Position numbers and translations under genes: made by a program. The notes beneath the pieces were generated by a model. It worked only from the letters and a program-made list of their open reading frames with translations, made no database searches and was not told where the DNA came from. A DNA stretch of 64,000 nucleotides from Akkermansiaceae bacterium (GTDB lineage: Bacteria; Verrucomicrobiota; Verrucomicrobiia; Verrucomicrobiales; Akkermansiaceae): contig CAIZNN010000154.1 in the NCBI GenBank assembly GCA_903934285.1, forward strand, positions 6,878 to 70,877. The letters are read 5' to 3'. Below, piece after piece: positions 35,915-45,797 of the stretch (its first letter is position 1; every line of letters starts with the position of its first letter).

Positions 35915-37453
35915 ATGGACCCAACATACGAATCCGAGCCATTTCCTGCTGCTGTTGCCAAACGCAAAGTGGGCTTCTGGTACCGCCTGGGCGGCGGCTC
36001 TCTAACCATCGCGGTGGTCATCCATCTCATCGTGCTGGTCATCGGCGCCTTCTGGATTTTCCAGGTGATCCGCGAGCCGGAGAAAAAGGTCGATTTCATG
36101 CCGCCGGGTGGCGGCGGCGGCGAACGCGGCGCCGAGCATCAGGTCAACCAGAAAAAGCAAAAGCAGATCACGCCCAATACCAACGTCAAGCGGGTGTTTG
36201 CGGAAGGCGCGCAAGCCACCTTCACCATCCCCGAGCAAAATGACAACTTTGGCGAGATGTCCACCCTCAGCTCGTTGAGTGGCGGTGGCATGTCCGGCGG
36301 GCTGGGCGGTTCGGGCCTCGGCAAGGGCTTTGGCAAAGGCACCGGCAATGGGGCCGGGTTGGGCACCGGCGGCGGCATTGGCAAGCTCTTCGGGCTGATT
36401 CCGGAAAACATGCGCAAGCGCTGCTCCAAGGACGACCGCCTCCAGCGCCTCGCCGAAAACGGCGGCACCAAACAATGCGAAGACGCGGTGCTCAAAGGCC
36501 TGCGCTGGCTCAAAACCAATCAACAAGCCGACGGCTCGTGGGACGGCCAGAGCAAAGTCGCCATGACCGGCCTGGCGTTGCTCGCCTACTTCGGCCACTG
36601 CGAAACGCCGGCCTCCCAGGAGTTCGGCGAGTCGTGCATGAAGGCGATCGTCTATCTGGTTAACATCGGTGTGAAAAATGACGGGCGCATGGCGGATAAT
36701 TACACCGCCAACCACTGGTCGTACGAGCACGCCATCGCCACCTACGCGCTGGGCGAAGCCACCACCTTTTGCCGGGAAATCAAACAAGAGGTGCCTAACT
36801 TGTCGGAAGTCACCGAAAAGGCCGGCCAATTCATCATCAACAACCAGAATAAAAACGGCGGCTGGGCCTACGCCTACGCCTACGAAAACCCCCACGTCGA
36901 TGTCTCGATTGTCGGGTGGCAGGTGCAGGCACTGAAAGCGTGCAGCCACACCCCGATCAAATACAAGGGGATGAATTCCTGCATCAACAAAGCCCTCGAC
37001 TACATCGGCGCCTGCCAGAACAGGGACGGCGCGTTCGGTTATACCGGCCCGCCGCCAGTCGGCGGCAAGGTCCACTGCCCGCTCACCGGCGTCGGCATGC
37101 TCTGCCACCAAATGTGGGGCAAGGGCAACGGTTCCGACATCCGCAAGGCCGCCAAATATACCCTCGAAACCACCACCTTCGATTTCAAGAAGGGCGCCAA
37201 CCTCTACGCGCATTACTACGAATCACAAGCCATGATGCAGCGCGGCGGCGAGGAATGGAGGAAATACAATGCCCTGATCCGCGACCAGTTGCTCGCTAAT
37301 CAGGAGCAGGATGGCTCGTGGAAAGTGCCGCCCGGCTCCCCCCATATCACCAACACCGTCTTCAGCACTTGCCTCTGCTCACTGATGTTGGAGGTGTACT
37401 ATCGCTTCCTGAGCACCGGCGGCGGCGGCGCCAGAGAGCGCCCGGGAATCTGA
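35915..37453 (+). CDS. Membrane-anchored prenyltransferase/squalene-oxidase-repeat protein
   Basis: N-terminal TM helix and Gly-rich linker, then QW-type repeats (GLRWLKTNQQADGSW, QNKNGGWAY, QNRDGAFGY, QEQDGSW) and TGLALLAYFGH. Confidence 0.85.
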   Translation: MDPTYESEPFPAAVAKRKVGFWYRLGGGSLTIAVVIHLIVLVIGAFWIFQVIREPEKKVDFMPPGGGGGERGAEHQVNQKKQKQITPNTNVKRVFAEGAQATFTIPEQNDNFGEMSTLSSLSGGGMSGGLGGSGLGKGFGKGTGNGAGLGTGGGIGKLFGLIPENMRKRCSKDDRLQRLAENGGTKQCEDAVLKGLRWLKTNQQADGSWDGQSKVAMTGLALLAYFGHCETPASQEFGESCMKAIVYLVNIGVKNDGRMADNYTANHWSYEHAIATYALGEATTFCREIKQEVPNLSEVTEKAGQFIINNQNKNGGWAYAYAYENPHVDVSIVGWQVQALKACSHTPIKYKGMNSCINKALDYIGACQNRDGAFGYTGPPPVGGKVHCPLTGVGMLCHQMWGKGNGSDIRKAAKYTLETTTFDFKKGANLYAHYYESQAMMQRGGEEWRKYNALIRDQLLANQEQDGSWKVPPGSPHITNTVFSTCLCSLMLEVYYRFLSTGGGGARERPGI

Positions 37454-37555
37454 AAATCAGCGGATTTTCCCGCTTGTCAGGCGGACCCATTGTGTGGTTC
37501 ACTTACCGTTGCACATGCCCTTCGGGCGTGGCACCACCTCTTACACTCCCGCCGT

Positions 37556-38197
37556 GTGAGAACTTCCCTAACATCCCGCGCCGGGCCAGCCACGGCGGCA
37601 TTTTCGCTCGTCGAAATAGTCGCCGTCATGGCGGTCATGGCATTGCTGCTGGGCGCAGGGCTGCGGGGACTTGGCGACGCCGCGGCGTCCGCCCGCCGCG
37701 GCGCCACCGATAGTGTCATCAGTTTGGTGGAGCAGGCGCGTGCCACGGCGATCAGCTCGCGCGGCATCGTGGTGCTGGCACTGGCCGATCCGGGCGATCT
37801 GCAGGGCGGCGACGAGTGCGGCCGCCTCGGCCTGTTCAAGGTCAAGGACTGGCCCGCCGACCCCGCCACCTTGGAGGGCACCCTCATCCGCCAGTGGCTT
37901 GTGCTGCCGCGCGGCGTGCTGCTGCTGCCTGGTGCGGTCAATGGCGTCCGCAATCCGCGCGACGAGCCGCAATCCACCATCCGTTACCTCGCCGCAAGCC
38001 AACCGGTCCAAGGGCGATTCCACATCCTGGCCTTCAGCCCGCGCGGTGCGTTGCTTTGGCCTGCGGGCTCCGATCCGCTGGCCCTGCGCATCGGCGACGG
38101 CGGCCACCGCCACGGCCAACCGGTTCCTAACTCCTACGGCGAGAGCTGGGTGAAAATCGGCCGCGTCACGGCCCGCGCCTATCCATTCGATAGATGA
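37556..38197 (+). CDS. Prepilin-type N-terminal cleavage protein (Verru_Chthon cassette D-like / GspH-like)
   Basis: AFSLVEIVAVMAVMALLL type IV prepilin motif; EQARATAIS; start uncertain. Confidence 0.8.
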   Translation: MRTSLTSRAGPATAAFSLVEIVAVMAVMALLLGAGLRGLGDAAASARRGATDSVISLVEQARATAISSRGIVVLALADPGDLQGGDECGRLGLFKVKDWPADPATLEGTLIRQWLVLPRGVLLLPGAVNGVRNPRDEPQSTIRYLAASQPVQGRFHILAFSPRGALLWPAGSDPLALRIGDGGHRHGQPVPNSYGESWVKIGRVTARAYPFDR

Positions 38198-38706
38198 AGA
38201 CACCACGGTCATTGCCTGCCCGGATTGCCGGCACCTCGCTCATCGAGGTGCTCCTCGCCATGGGCGTGCTGGCAGTGGCGTTGCCGCTGGTGGCCGCGGT
38301 GCTGGCCAGATCCGGCCAAGGCTGCGCCGCGGCTCAAGCTGAAACCCGCTGCGGCTGGATCCTGCCGGCCTGCCTCGACGAAATCGAGGCGGCGCACACG
38401 GGCAGCGCGCGGTTTCTGCCTGACCTCACCCGTGGCCAGTCGTTCCCCGCACCTGGCGACGTCCTCGTGCTCGCCTTCGCCGACGACGGCCGCGCCCTCG
38501 GCTGCGTCGGGCGCGACGCGTACCTCAGCGGCCTCGGCCGGCTCCGCGGCGAATCGGTCCGTTACCTCGCCTCGCTCCGCGCCGACCCCGCCGCCACCCG
38601 GCCTAACATGCAGCCCGGCCGCGCCCTGCGCGTGACGCTGGAATTTCCCGCCGCCGTCCCCCTCGCCAAGCGCCACCACCTCGAATTTTTCACCCGGCTG
38701 CCATGA
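38194..38706 (+). CDS. Pilin-like protein (Verru_Chthon cassette B-like)
   Basis: GTSLIEVLLAMGVLAVAL prepilin motif; coupled overlap. Confidence 0.8.
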   Translation: MKTPRSLPARIAGTSLIEVLLAMGVLAVALPLVAAVLARSGQGCAAAQAETRCGWILPACLDEIEAAHTGSARFLPDLTRGQSFPAPGDVLVLAFADDGRALGCVGRDAYLSGLGRLRGESVRYLASLRADPAATRPNMQPGRALRVTLEFPAAVPLAKRHHLEFFTRLP

Positions 38707-39473
38707 TCGCCACCGGCCAGTTGCGGCACGGCTTCACTCTCATCGAGATGTTAGTGGCGATGACCCTTGGCACGATGGTCCTGCTGCTGGCCCTGACCCT
38801 GCTCGGCCGCACCCGCGATGATTGCGCACGCCTGGGTGGCGGCGTGAGTGCCGAGCGCGAGGCGCGCGCGGTGCTTACCCAGCTCACCGCTGATCTGCAC
38901 AGCGCCCGGTTTCACCAGGACGGCGTGTTCGAACCAGGCACCACCACCTGGCCGCGCGCGCGGCTCGGCTTTCTCAGCCTCCAAGCCCCCGACGCGCAAT
39001 CGCCGGCGGGGCGCATCGGCGACCTCTGTGCGATTCATTATTACCTCAAGGACCTCACCATCGGCGGCCAAACTGTGCGCTGCCTGATGCGCGGCTTCCG
39101 CGAGAGCCACGCCACCTTCAGCGCGCTGCGCCAAGACCTAACCCACACCCTGTTCACCGCCACCGCGCGCGATGAACCAATCGCTTTTGGCATCCTCGCC
39201 TTCGAGGCCCGCCCACAAGCCCGAACCGCCTCGGGCCTTTGGCAGGACTGGGCCCCCGCCACCCGGCAGGCCCCAGCCGCCCTCGCCGTGCGCCTCGTCG
39301 TCGTCCGCCGCGAATTGGCCGCCAAACTAACCGATTCAGCCGCTTGGGACGGCGCCGCGGCCGCCGCCAATCTGCTAGGAAAGGCGTCGCAAGCCGCCAC
39401 CAACCGCCACCTCGTTGTTTGTGCAACCCTCATCCGCTTCGGCCACCCAGATCACACCGCGCGCGACCGTTAG
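38703..39473 (+). CDS. Pilin-like protein (Verru_Chthon cassette C-like / GspJ-like)
   Basis: GFTLIEMLVAMTLGTMVLLL; GDLCAIHYYL. Confidence 0.82.
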   Translation: MIATGQLRHGFTLIEMLVAMTLGTMVLLLALTLLGRTRDDCARLGGGVSAEREARAVLTQLTADLHSARFHQDGVFEPGTTTWPRARLGFLSLQAPDAQSPAGRIGDLCAIHYYLKDLTIGGQTVRCLMRGFRESHATFSALRQDLTHTLFTATARDEPIAFGILAFEARPQARTASGLWQDWAPATRQAPAALAVRLVVVRRELAAKLTDSAAWDGAAAAANLLGKASQAATNRHLVVCATLIRFGHPDHTARDR

Positions 39474-39504
39474 CCCGCAGCCTGCCATCCCGCCATTCAA
39501 TCCC

Positions 39505-42480
39505 ATGCCACGTCAACCTCCTTGGTCCGGCTTCATCCTGCCCGCGGTGCTCTTCATTGTCTCCGGTTTGCTCATCCTGGCGCTCGGCCTCCTCCTCGTC
39601 GTCGCCCTCGAACGCAGCACCGCGCGCTCCGGCGTCGATTACCAGCGCGCCGATCTCGCCGTCCGTGCCGGCCTTGCGGAGGTCACCGCCAGCCTTGCCG
39701 AAGCCACCTCTAACGATACCTTCATCATCCTCCAAGCCACCCGCACCCAACCTATCCATGCCGGCCACGACCCCGCGCCCTGCCTGTTTCTCGCCCATGG
39801 CACAACCACCCCTGGCAACTCGTTGTCTTTCCATTACCTGCCGCTCTTCAGTGCCACCGCCCGCCCCCCCGACTCCTCGCGCCTCACCGCGCCGCAAATC
39901 GAGCCTCTCGTCACTGCCGGACCTGCCGCCGCCATCGATCTAACCACCCTGCCGTACCTCGATGCGGTGCGTCTCGCCTGGATCCCCATCCACAACGACA
40001 AGCAACAACTCGTCGCACGTTACGCGTTTTGGATCGAAGACCTCCAAGCCAAACTTGACCCGCAAATCGCAGGCAATGCCGCAGGCCCCAATGGCAGCCA
40101 TGCCGGCAGCCCGTGGCCGTGCCCCGCGCCTGCGCTCAATCCCTGCCCGGCTCAGCCCGCTCTCGATCGCCTCGCCCTCTATGCCATCGATCCCGCCTCC
40201 ACCGCCGCGCTTCCCGGCCCTCTGGCAAAAACCTTGATCGCCAACAGGCCAACCCTGGTTTCCCCGGACTCGCTGCTCGCCGCCGCCGCCATCCAACCGC
40301 CGCTGACCCGCGACGCCGCCGGCCACCTGGCCGACCCGACGGCCCGCGCCGTCGAGGAAAACCTAACAACGATGGTGCTGCCCTACCTGGAACAACCCCG
40401 CGTCCCCGTGCTGGCTGGCATCAATGCCGCGGTGGTCGGCGCGGCCAAACTCAACCTCAACGCCCTGCTCGCCAAGGGCGCGGCCGGCGTCGAACCGATG
40501 GCGGCTTTCATCCAACGCGCCCTGCCGGACTTTGCCTCCCGCCAGGGCGGGTTCCCCGATGCCTATCTGCAAACCCTCGCCGCCAATGCCATCGATTACG
40601 CCGACGCAGATTCCCGATCCACGCTGGTTGCCGGCAGCCACCGCGGGCTCGACGGCTTTCCGCTCATCAGCGAAGTGGTGCTGCAGGTCCGTTTCCTCGG
40701 CCAACAGTTAGTCGGCGGCCGCCGCATCCTCAACTGGCACTTCCGCTTGTTTGCCGAACTCTGGAACATGACTAACCAAGACGTCAGCGGCGTCACCCGG
40801 CTCAGTTATGAAGTGGCGCTGCCGATGGAAGGGATTGGCGCCGGCACCGGTTCGAGACGCTTCGATGACCCGGCGCTGCTCAATGATCCCGCCAGGACCA
40901 CCCACCAACTCACCCAATTCGACGGCAAATTCTGGTCGCCCGAAATCGCCGTGGCGCTCCAGCCCAATGAATACAAGTGCTTTGAATTCGCCGCTGTCGC
41001 CTACACCCTCGATGTCGGCCCCGCCGGCATCGCCGTGGCGGACCACTTCAGCCTAACCGAACCGGAGGGGGCGGCCGGGGTCTCATTGCGCTGGAACGGC
41101 CAGGAGGTCGATCGCGTGGCCGCCATCATCCGCCAGAAAAAGGGCCTCGAGTTCGAGCTTTCCCAACCGCGATACTCATCCAAGGCGACGGTCGCCGCAC
41201 TCGGGCTGGGGGCTTATGGTTCGGAAATCGACAACCCTGGCGACCCGCGCATCTCCTACTATCTGCGTAGTACCCCACTCGCCGAGAACGCCAACCCCGA
41301 AAACTCCAGCCCCAACCGCCGCAACATCCGCCGCAGCACCATCTATGATGCCGACGGGCCCCGCAAACCCAAGACCTATGGCAGGGTGCTGCCCTCGGAG
41401 TGGCCCGACGGCGGCCACGATTCCGCCGTCGGCTCGTGGCCGATCACGCACGACGATGCGGTGTGCCCCACCGATGCCAAATACCACTGGCCGCAAACTC
41501 CCCTCGCCGCCCAAGCGCCGCAGCGCCTGTCCAATGCCGGTCGCTTCTTCAGCGTCACCGAACTCGGCCGCACCTACGACCCGCTGCTGTGGCAGCCCAC
41601 CTACGACACCCCGCAGGATACCGCCGCCATCCGCACCGGCCTGATGCCCGCCAGTCGCGTTGCCTGGCCCGGGGTGATGCCCGCCAGCCCCGCCAGTGCC
41701 AACCACGGCGGCGGCAATTCACTGCGCATCGGACGGCCGGAACACGCGGCTTTTGATTCACCGGGCAAGCGCGCCGTCTATCTGCTAGACATGTTCCACG
41801 CCGGCCAGCCGCGCTCCGCCGATCCCGCGCTGCGCGAGGGCGCGCTGGTGGAAATCCGCGGCCACGTGAACCTCAACACCGCCACCACGGGCACCTTGCG
41901 GGCGCTTGCCGCCGGGGCTCTCGGCCAGGATCCCTTGCTGGCGACCGTTCCCGGCACGCTGCACCATCTGGGCGCGCCGCTCATGGCCCCGCCGGCCACC
42001 CTCACCACGCTGTACGCCCCATCCACCGCCTCCCTAACCGAAGCGGACCGCCTCGCCGCTGCCATCCTTCGCGCGCGGCCGTTTGCCAGCGCGTCGCAAC
42101 TCGCCCTCGCCAAGGACCTCGATGGTGGTTACGTCTTCGGCAACCCGGCCGTCTATCAACCCGGTGTCCACCTGCCTAGCAACACCCGCGTCCAGTGGAG
42201 TGATTCCGCCGCCGAGGAAGTCTTCGCCCGCGTCTATGACGCCGCCACCGTCCGCTCGCGCAACTTCCGCGTGTGGATCATCGGCCAGACCATCGCTCCC
42301 CCCAGCGCCACCGCCAGCGCCACCGCCAGCGCCACCGCCGCCGCCGCCGCCGCGCCGCAAGTCCTCGCCGAGGTCCGCAAGGTCTTCACCCTGTTTGCCG
42401 ATCCGGGCCAACGCACCTGCCAGGGCACCATCGATCCCGCCACCTCACACACCACGGTCATCCATGAAAACAACTTCTAG
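39505..42480 (+). CDS. Large PilX/GspK-like protein (Verru_Chthon cassette A-like)
   Basis: GFILPAVLFIVSGLLILAL, RYAFWIED, KLNLN, ELGRTYD, GHVNLNTA and RSRNFRVWIIGQ; about 990 aa. Confidence 0.8.
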   Translation: MPRQPPWSGFILPAVLFIVSGLLILALGLLLVVALERSTARSGVDYQRADLAVRAGLAEVTASLAEATSNDTFIILQATRTQPIHAGHDPAPCLFLAHGTTTPGNSLSFHYLPLFSATARPPDSSRLTAPQIEPLVTAGPAAAIDLTTLPYLDAVRLAWIPIHNDKQQLVARYAFWIEDLQAKLDPQIAGNAAGPNGSHAGSPWPCPAPALNPCPAQPALDRLALYAIDPASTAALPGPLAKTLIANRPTLVSPDSLLAAAAIQPPLTRDAAGHLADPTARAVEENLTTMVLPYLEQPRVPVLAGINAAVVGAAKLNLNALLAKGAAGVEPMAAFIQRALPDFASRQGGFPDAYLQTLAANAIDYADADSRSTLVAGSHRGLDGFPLISEVVLQVRFLGQQLVGGRRILNWHFRLFAELWNMTNQDVSGVTRLSYEVALPMEGIGAGTGSRRFDDPALLNDPARTTHQLTQFDGKFWSPEIAVALQPNEYKCFEFAAVAYTLDVGPAGIAVADHFSLTEPEGAAGVSLRWNGQEVDRVAAIIRQKKGLEFELSQPRYSSKATVAALGLGAYGSEIDNPGDPRISYYLRSTPLAENANPENSSPNRRNIRRSTIYDADGPRKPKTYGRVLPSEWPDGGHDSAVGSWPITHDDAVCPTDAKYHWPQTPLAAQAPQRLSNAGRFFSVTELGRTYDPLLWQPTYDTPQDTAAIRTGLMPASRVAWPGVMPASPASANHGGGNSLRIGRPEHAAFDSPGKRAVYLLDMFHAGQPRSADPALREGALVEIRGHVNLNTATTGTLRALAAGALGQDPLLATVPGTLHHLGAPLMAPPATLTTLYAPSTASLTEADRLAAAILRARPFASASQLALAKDLDGGYVFGNPAVYQPGVHLPSNTRVQWSDSAAEEVFARVYDAATVRSRNFRVWIIGQTIAPPSATASATASATAAAAAAPQVLAEVRKVFTLFADPGQRTCQGTIDPATSHTTVIHENNF

Positions 42481-43225
42481 CTCATTTGGCACCGCCCTCC
42501 GCGCCACCCTCCGCACCGCCCTCCGCGCCGCCCTCCGCACCGCCCTCCGCGCCGCCCTCCGCGCCGCCGCCTGCCTCGGTTGCGGCTGCCTGGCGCTGGC
42601 TGCCGTGTCGGCGGCACCGCCGCCCAAGCCCGGGTTTGTCCGGCTTGTCAATGCCGTGGCGGCGGGCCAGGACAAGTTAGAGCTGTTCATCGACGGCGAG
42701 CTGATGAACCCGGATGGCTACCAGCTGGGGGATGTCACCGGTGGCATCGGGCTCCCCCCCGGTCCTCATCAAATCACCATCAAGCGCCCGGGCGTGCGCG
42801 CCGGGGTGACGCGCCTCACCGTGGCGGCTGCGGCCACCATCACCCTGATTCCCTTTGCCGAGAGGATTCCTGCCACCGATGATGAGCCCGCCCACTGGAC
42901 CATGCGTATTTTGCGTCTCAGGCAAATGGAGCCGGTCACCAAGCGCACGGCCACCTTGGTCTCTGTTTCGCAATCCCCCGAGCACGTCGTGGAAATCGCC
43001 GCGCCCGACGGGAAATGGACCGCAGTCTTGGTCAAGCGTCTGGCGATTGCCCGAACCCCCATTCATCATCCCGAGGGTTACGTCCCGCTGCGCTGCAAAT
43101 CCGGCAAACTCCCGTCCATCCCTGTCGGGGAGCCTGGCAACTATGTCGTCGTCCTCTACGACGATGCCGCCGGCCGCCTCCAAGCTCTCAACCTCCAGGA
43201 CTACAAGTACCTCAGTGCCGACTGA
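42464..43225 (+). CDS. Exported protein, DUF4397-like
   Basis: Signal peptide, then GFVRLVNAVAAG..LELFIDG; overlaps the end of the upstream gene. Confidence 0.7.
   Translation: MKTTSSSFGTALRATLRTALRAALRTALRAALRAAACLGCGCLALAAVSAAPPPKPGFVRLVNAVAAGQDKLELFIDGELMNPDGYQLGDVTGGIGLPPGPHQITIKRPGVRAGVTRLTVAAAATITLIPFAERIPATDDEPAHWTMRILRLRQMEPVTKRTATLVSVSQSPEHVVEIAAPDGKWTAVLVKRLAIARTPIHHPEGYVPLRCKSGKLPSIPVGEPGNYVVVLYDDAAGRLQALNLQDYKYLSAD
42489..42565 (+). repeat. In-frame 12-bp tandem repeat (CGC[A/G]CC[A/G]CCCTC) x~6 in the signal region
   Basis: Encodes TALRATLRTALRAALRTALRAALR. Confidence 0.85.
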
Positions 43226-43373
43226 ACGGCGCGGGCCGCCAGTCCCACATAGGGTCAGAAAAACAATCAAATTGCGCTTGCGGACGCGTTGGAGCAAGGT
43301 AGGTTCCAGCTGTTGGCGCTGTGATTGGTGGCACCCCGCCGTTGAATCCTAATTCTACAACCCCTGTACCCAT

Positions 43374-44477
43374 ATGAGACGCGCGCGCTGGCTGGCCCCG
43401 TGGAAGGATTCCGCCGAACGGCCTGTGATTTATCACTGCATCACGCGGGTGGTGGAACGCCGCTTGGCGTTCGGGCAGAAGGAAAAGGAGCAATTCCGCA
43501 CTTACCTGCGGATGTATGAGAATTTTTCTGGGTGCCGGGTGCTGGCGTATTGTTTGATGAGCAACCATGTGCACTTGCTGCTGGAAGTGCCGCCACTGGC
43601 GGAGGGAGGCTTGTCGGACGCGGAGTTGCTGCGCCGGCTGCGAGCGATCTACAACGAGGCGGTCGTGGCCGTGGTGGCCAAGGAGTTGGCGGAGTTGCGG
43701 CAGCGGGTGAGGGACGGCTTGGCGGATGAGTCATTGGTGAGGGAACTGCATGCACGCTATACCTATCGGATGCACGATCTGGGGGAGTTCATGAAAACGC
43801 TGCTGCTGCGCTTCAGTCGGTGGTTCAACACCAGGTACGAACGCACCGGCGCGTTGTGGGAATCGCGCTTCAAAAGCGTGCTGGTGGAGGACGGGTTGGC
43901 GGCGCGGACGATGGCGGCCTACATCGATCTCAATCCGTTGCGCGCGGGGATGGTGACGGACCCGGCGGAGTATCGTTGGAGCAGTTATGGCGTGGCGATG
44001 GGCGGGGGCGCGCGAGGCAATGGCAAGAAGGCACGGGCCGGGTTGGTGCGGGCGCTCATGGCGCACAAGGGCTATCAGGCGGATGCGCGGCATTGGGCGG
44101 GTGAGGTGTCCAAGGACTACCGCATGCTTTTGTTAGCTGAAGGCGCGGAGAAGCTGCAGGAGGTGGTGAGCGAGAGCGGCGGGCGGGAGGTGAAGGTGGT
44201 TAGAAAAGGTATCAGGCAGGAGGTGGCGGCGGCGGAACTGGTGCTGCTGGAGCGGAGCCGGGATGTGGCGCTGGGCAAAATGCTGCGGTATCGGGTGAGG
44301 TATTTCACGGACGGGGCGGTGCTCGGCAGCCGGGCCTTTGTGGATGAGGTGTTCACGTGTTGCCCGGAGCGCTTCGGCACGACACGCAAGGATGGGGCGC
44401 GCAAATTGCGCGGCAGCGGCGCGGCGGCGGCCGGGCGGTTGTGGAGCGTGCGGGACTTGCGCCGGCGGATCGGTTAG
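43374..44477 (+). mobile_element. Y1 (HUH) tyrosine transposase, REP-associated (RAYT)/IS200-like with C-terminal extension
   Basis: YHCITRVVERR, AYCLMSNHVHLLL (HUH), ALWESRFKSVLV and AYIDLNPLRAGMV.DP.EYRWSSY. No terminal inverted repeats seen. Confidence 0.88.
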
Positions 44478-44537
44478 GTGAAGCCGCCAGGAACCTGCCA
44501 GAGTTGGATTTTAACAAGTGCCAGGGCAGGGCCGGTG

Positions 44538-45746
44538 TTACTCGTGGCGCAAGGCATCGATGGGATCGAGGGCGGCGGCGCGGCGGGCGGGCATGAAGCC
44601 GAAGATGATGCCGATGGCGGCGGAGAAGATGAAGGCGATGCCGTTGATTTTCGGATCGAACAGAAACGGCGCGCCGACGACTTTGGCCAGCGTGACACAC
44701 AAGCCGTAGGCGAGGAGGATGCCGCAAACCCCACCGACACAGGAGAGGGTGACGGCCTCCACCAGGAACTGCAGCAACACCTCGCGGGCGCGCGCGCCAA
44801 TGGCGAGGCGGATGCCGATTTCGCGCGTGCGCTCGGTCACTGACACCAGCATGATATTCATGATGCCGATGCCGCCGACGAGCAGGCTGACGCCAGCGAC
44901 CGACCCTAACAGGGATGTCATGATCTTGGTGCTGGAGCTGATGGCATCGGCGAGCTGCAGGGAATCGAAGACGGAGAAATTGTTTTGTTCGTGGCTGGTG
45001 AGTCCGCGGCGCTCGCGCATCAGGGAGGTGACCTCCGCGACGATATTGGCGCTGGGGTAGCCGTCCTTGCCGGAGATCATCACCTGGTTGATGTTGTGTT
45101 GGGAGCCATGGCCGGTGAGGCGGCGGCGCAAGGTGGTGATGGGGGTGATGATGTTATCGTCCAAGTCATCGCCGAACCCACCCTGGCCTTTCACGGCGGT
45201 AACGCCGACGACTTCCAGCGACATGCTCTTGAGGCGGATTTTCTTGCCGATGGGATCGCCGTCCTTGCCGAAGAGTTCCTTGCGGATGGTTTCGCCAATG
45301 ACGCAGACGGCAGCGCCCTCGACGACCTCGGCATCGGTGAAGAAGCGGCCCAGGCTGAGTTTCCAATTGGCGATTGCGAAATAGTCGGCGGTGGTGCCCT
45401 GGACGTCGGTGTTGCGGACGTTTTCAAGGTAAACCGCCGGAGCGGCGGAGTTGCCAAACGGGGCGACGGCATGGATGCCGGACACTTGGTCGCGGATGGC
45501 CCCGACATCCGCCAGGCTGAATTGCGCCACGCCCGAGGCGCTCCAGCCCTGGCCCGGGCGCAGGATCAGCAGGTTGCTGCCCAAGTTGGAAATCTGCGCC
45601 TTCACCGCGGCAGTGGCGCCGCGGCCCAGTGTCACCATGGTGACCACCGCCGCCACCCCGATGACGATCCCCAGGACTGTTAGAAAAGCCCGGGTCAGAT
45701 TGCGGCGGATTTCCCGCAGGGCAATGATGAAGGCGTTGAGGAACAT
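44538..45746 (-). CDS. MacB-family ABC transporter permease
   Basis: RAFLTVLGIVIGVAAVV, VSLLVGGIGIMNIMLVSVTERTREIGIRLAIGA and PARRAAALDPIDALRHE. Confidence 0.95.
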   Translation of the reverse strand: MFLNAFIIALREIRRNLTRAFLTVLGIVIGVAAVVTMVTLGRGATAAVKAQISNLGSNLLILRPGQGWSASGVAQFSLADVGAIRDQVSGIHAVAPFGNSAAPAVYLENVRNTDVQGTTADYFAIANWKLSLGRFFTDAEVVEGAAVCVIGETIRKELFGKDGDPIGKKIRLKSMSLEVVGVTAVKGQGGFGDDLDDNIITPITTLRRRLTGHGSQHNINQVMISGKDGYPSANIVAEVTSLMRERRGLTSHEQNNFSVFDSLQLADAISSSTKIMTSLLGSVAGVSLLVGGIGIMNIMLVSVTERTREIGIRLAIGARAREVLLQFLVEAVTLSCVGGVCGILLAYGLCVTLAKVVGAPFLFDPKINGIAFIFSAAIGIIFGFMPARRAAALDPIDALRHE

Positions 45747-45797
45747 GGGCTGGTGCTTGTGTGAGGGCTGCTAAAGAGCGGCGTCGCGGCCATTTTG

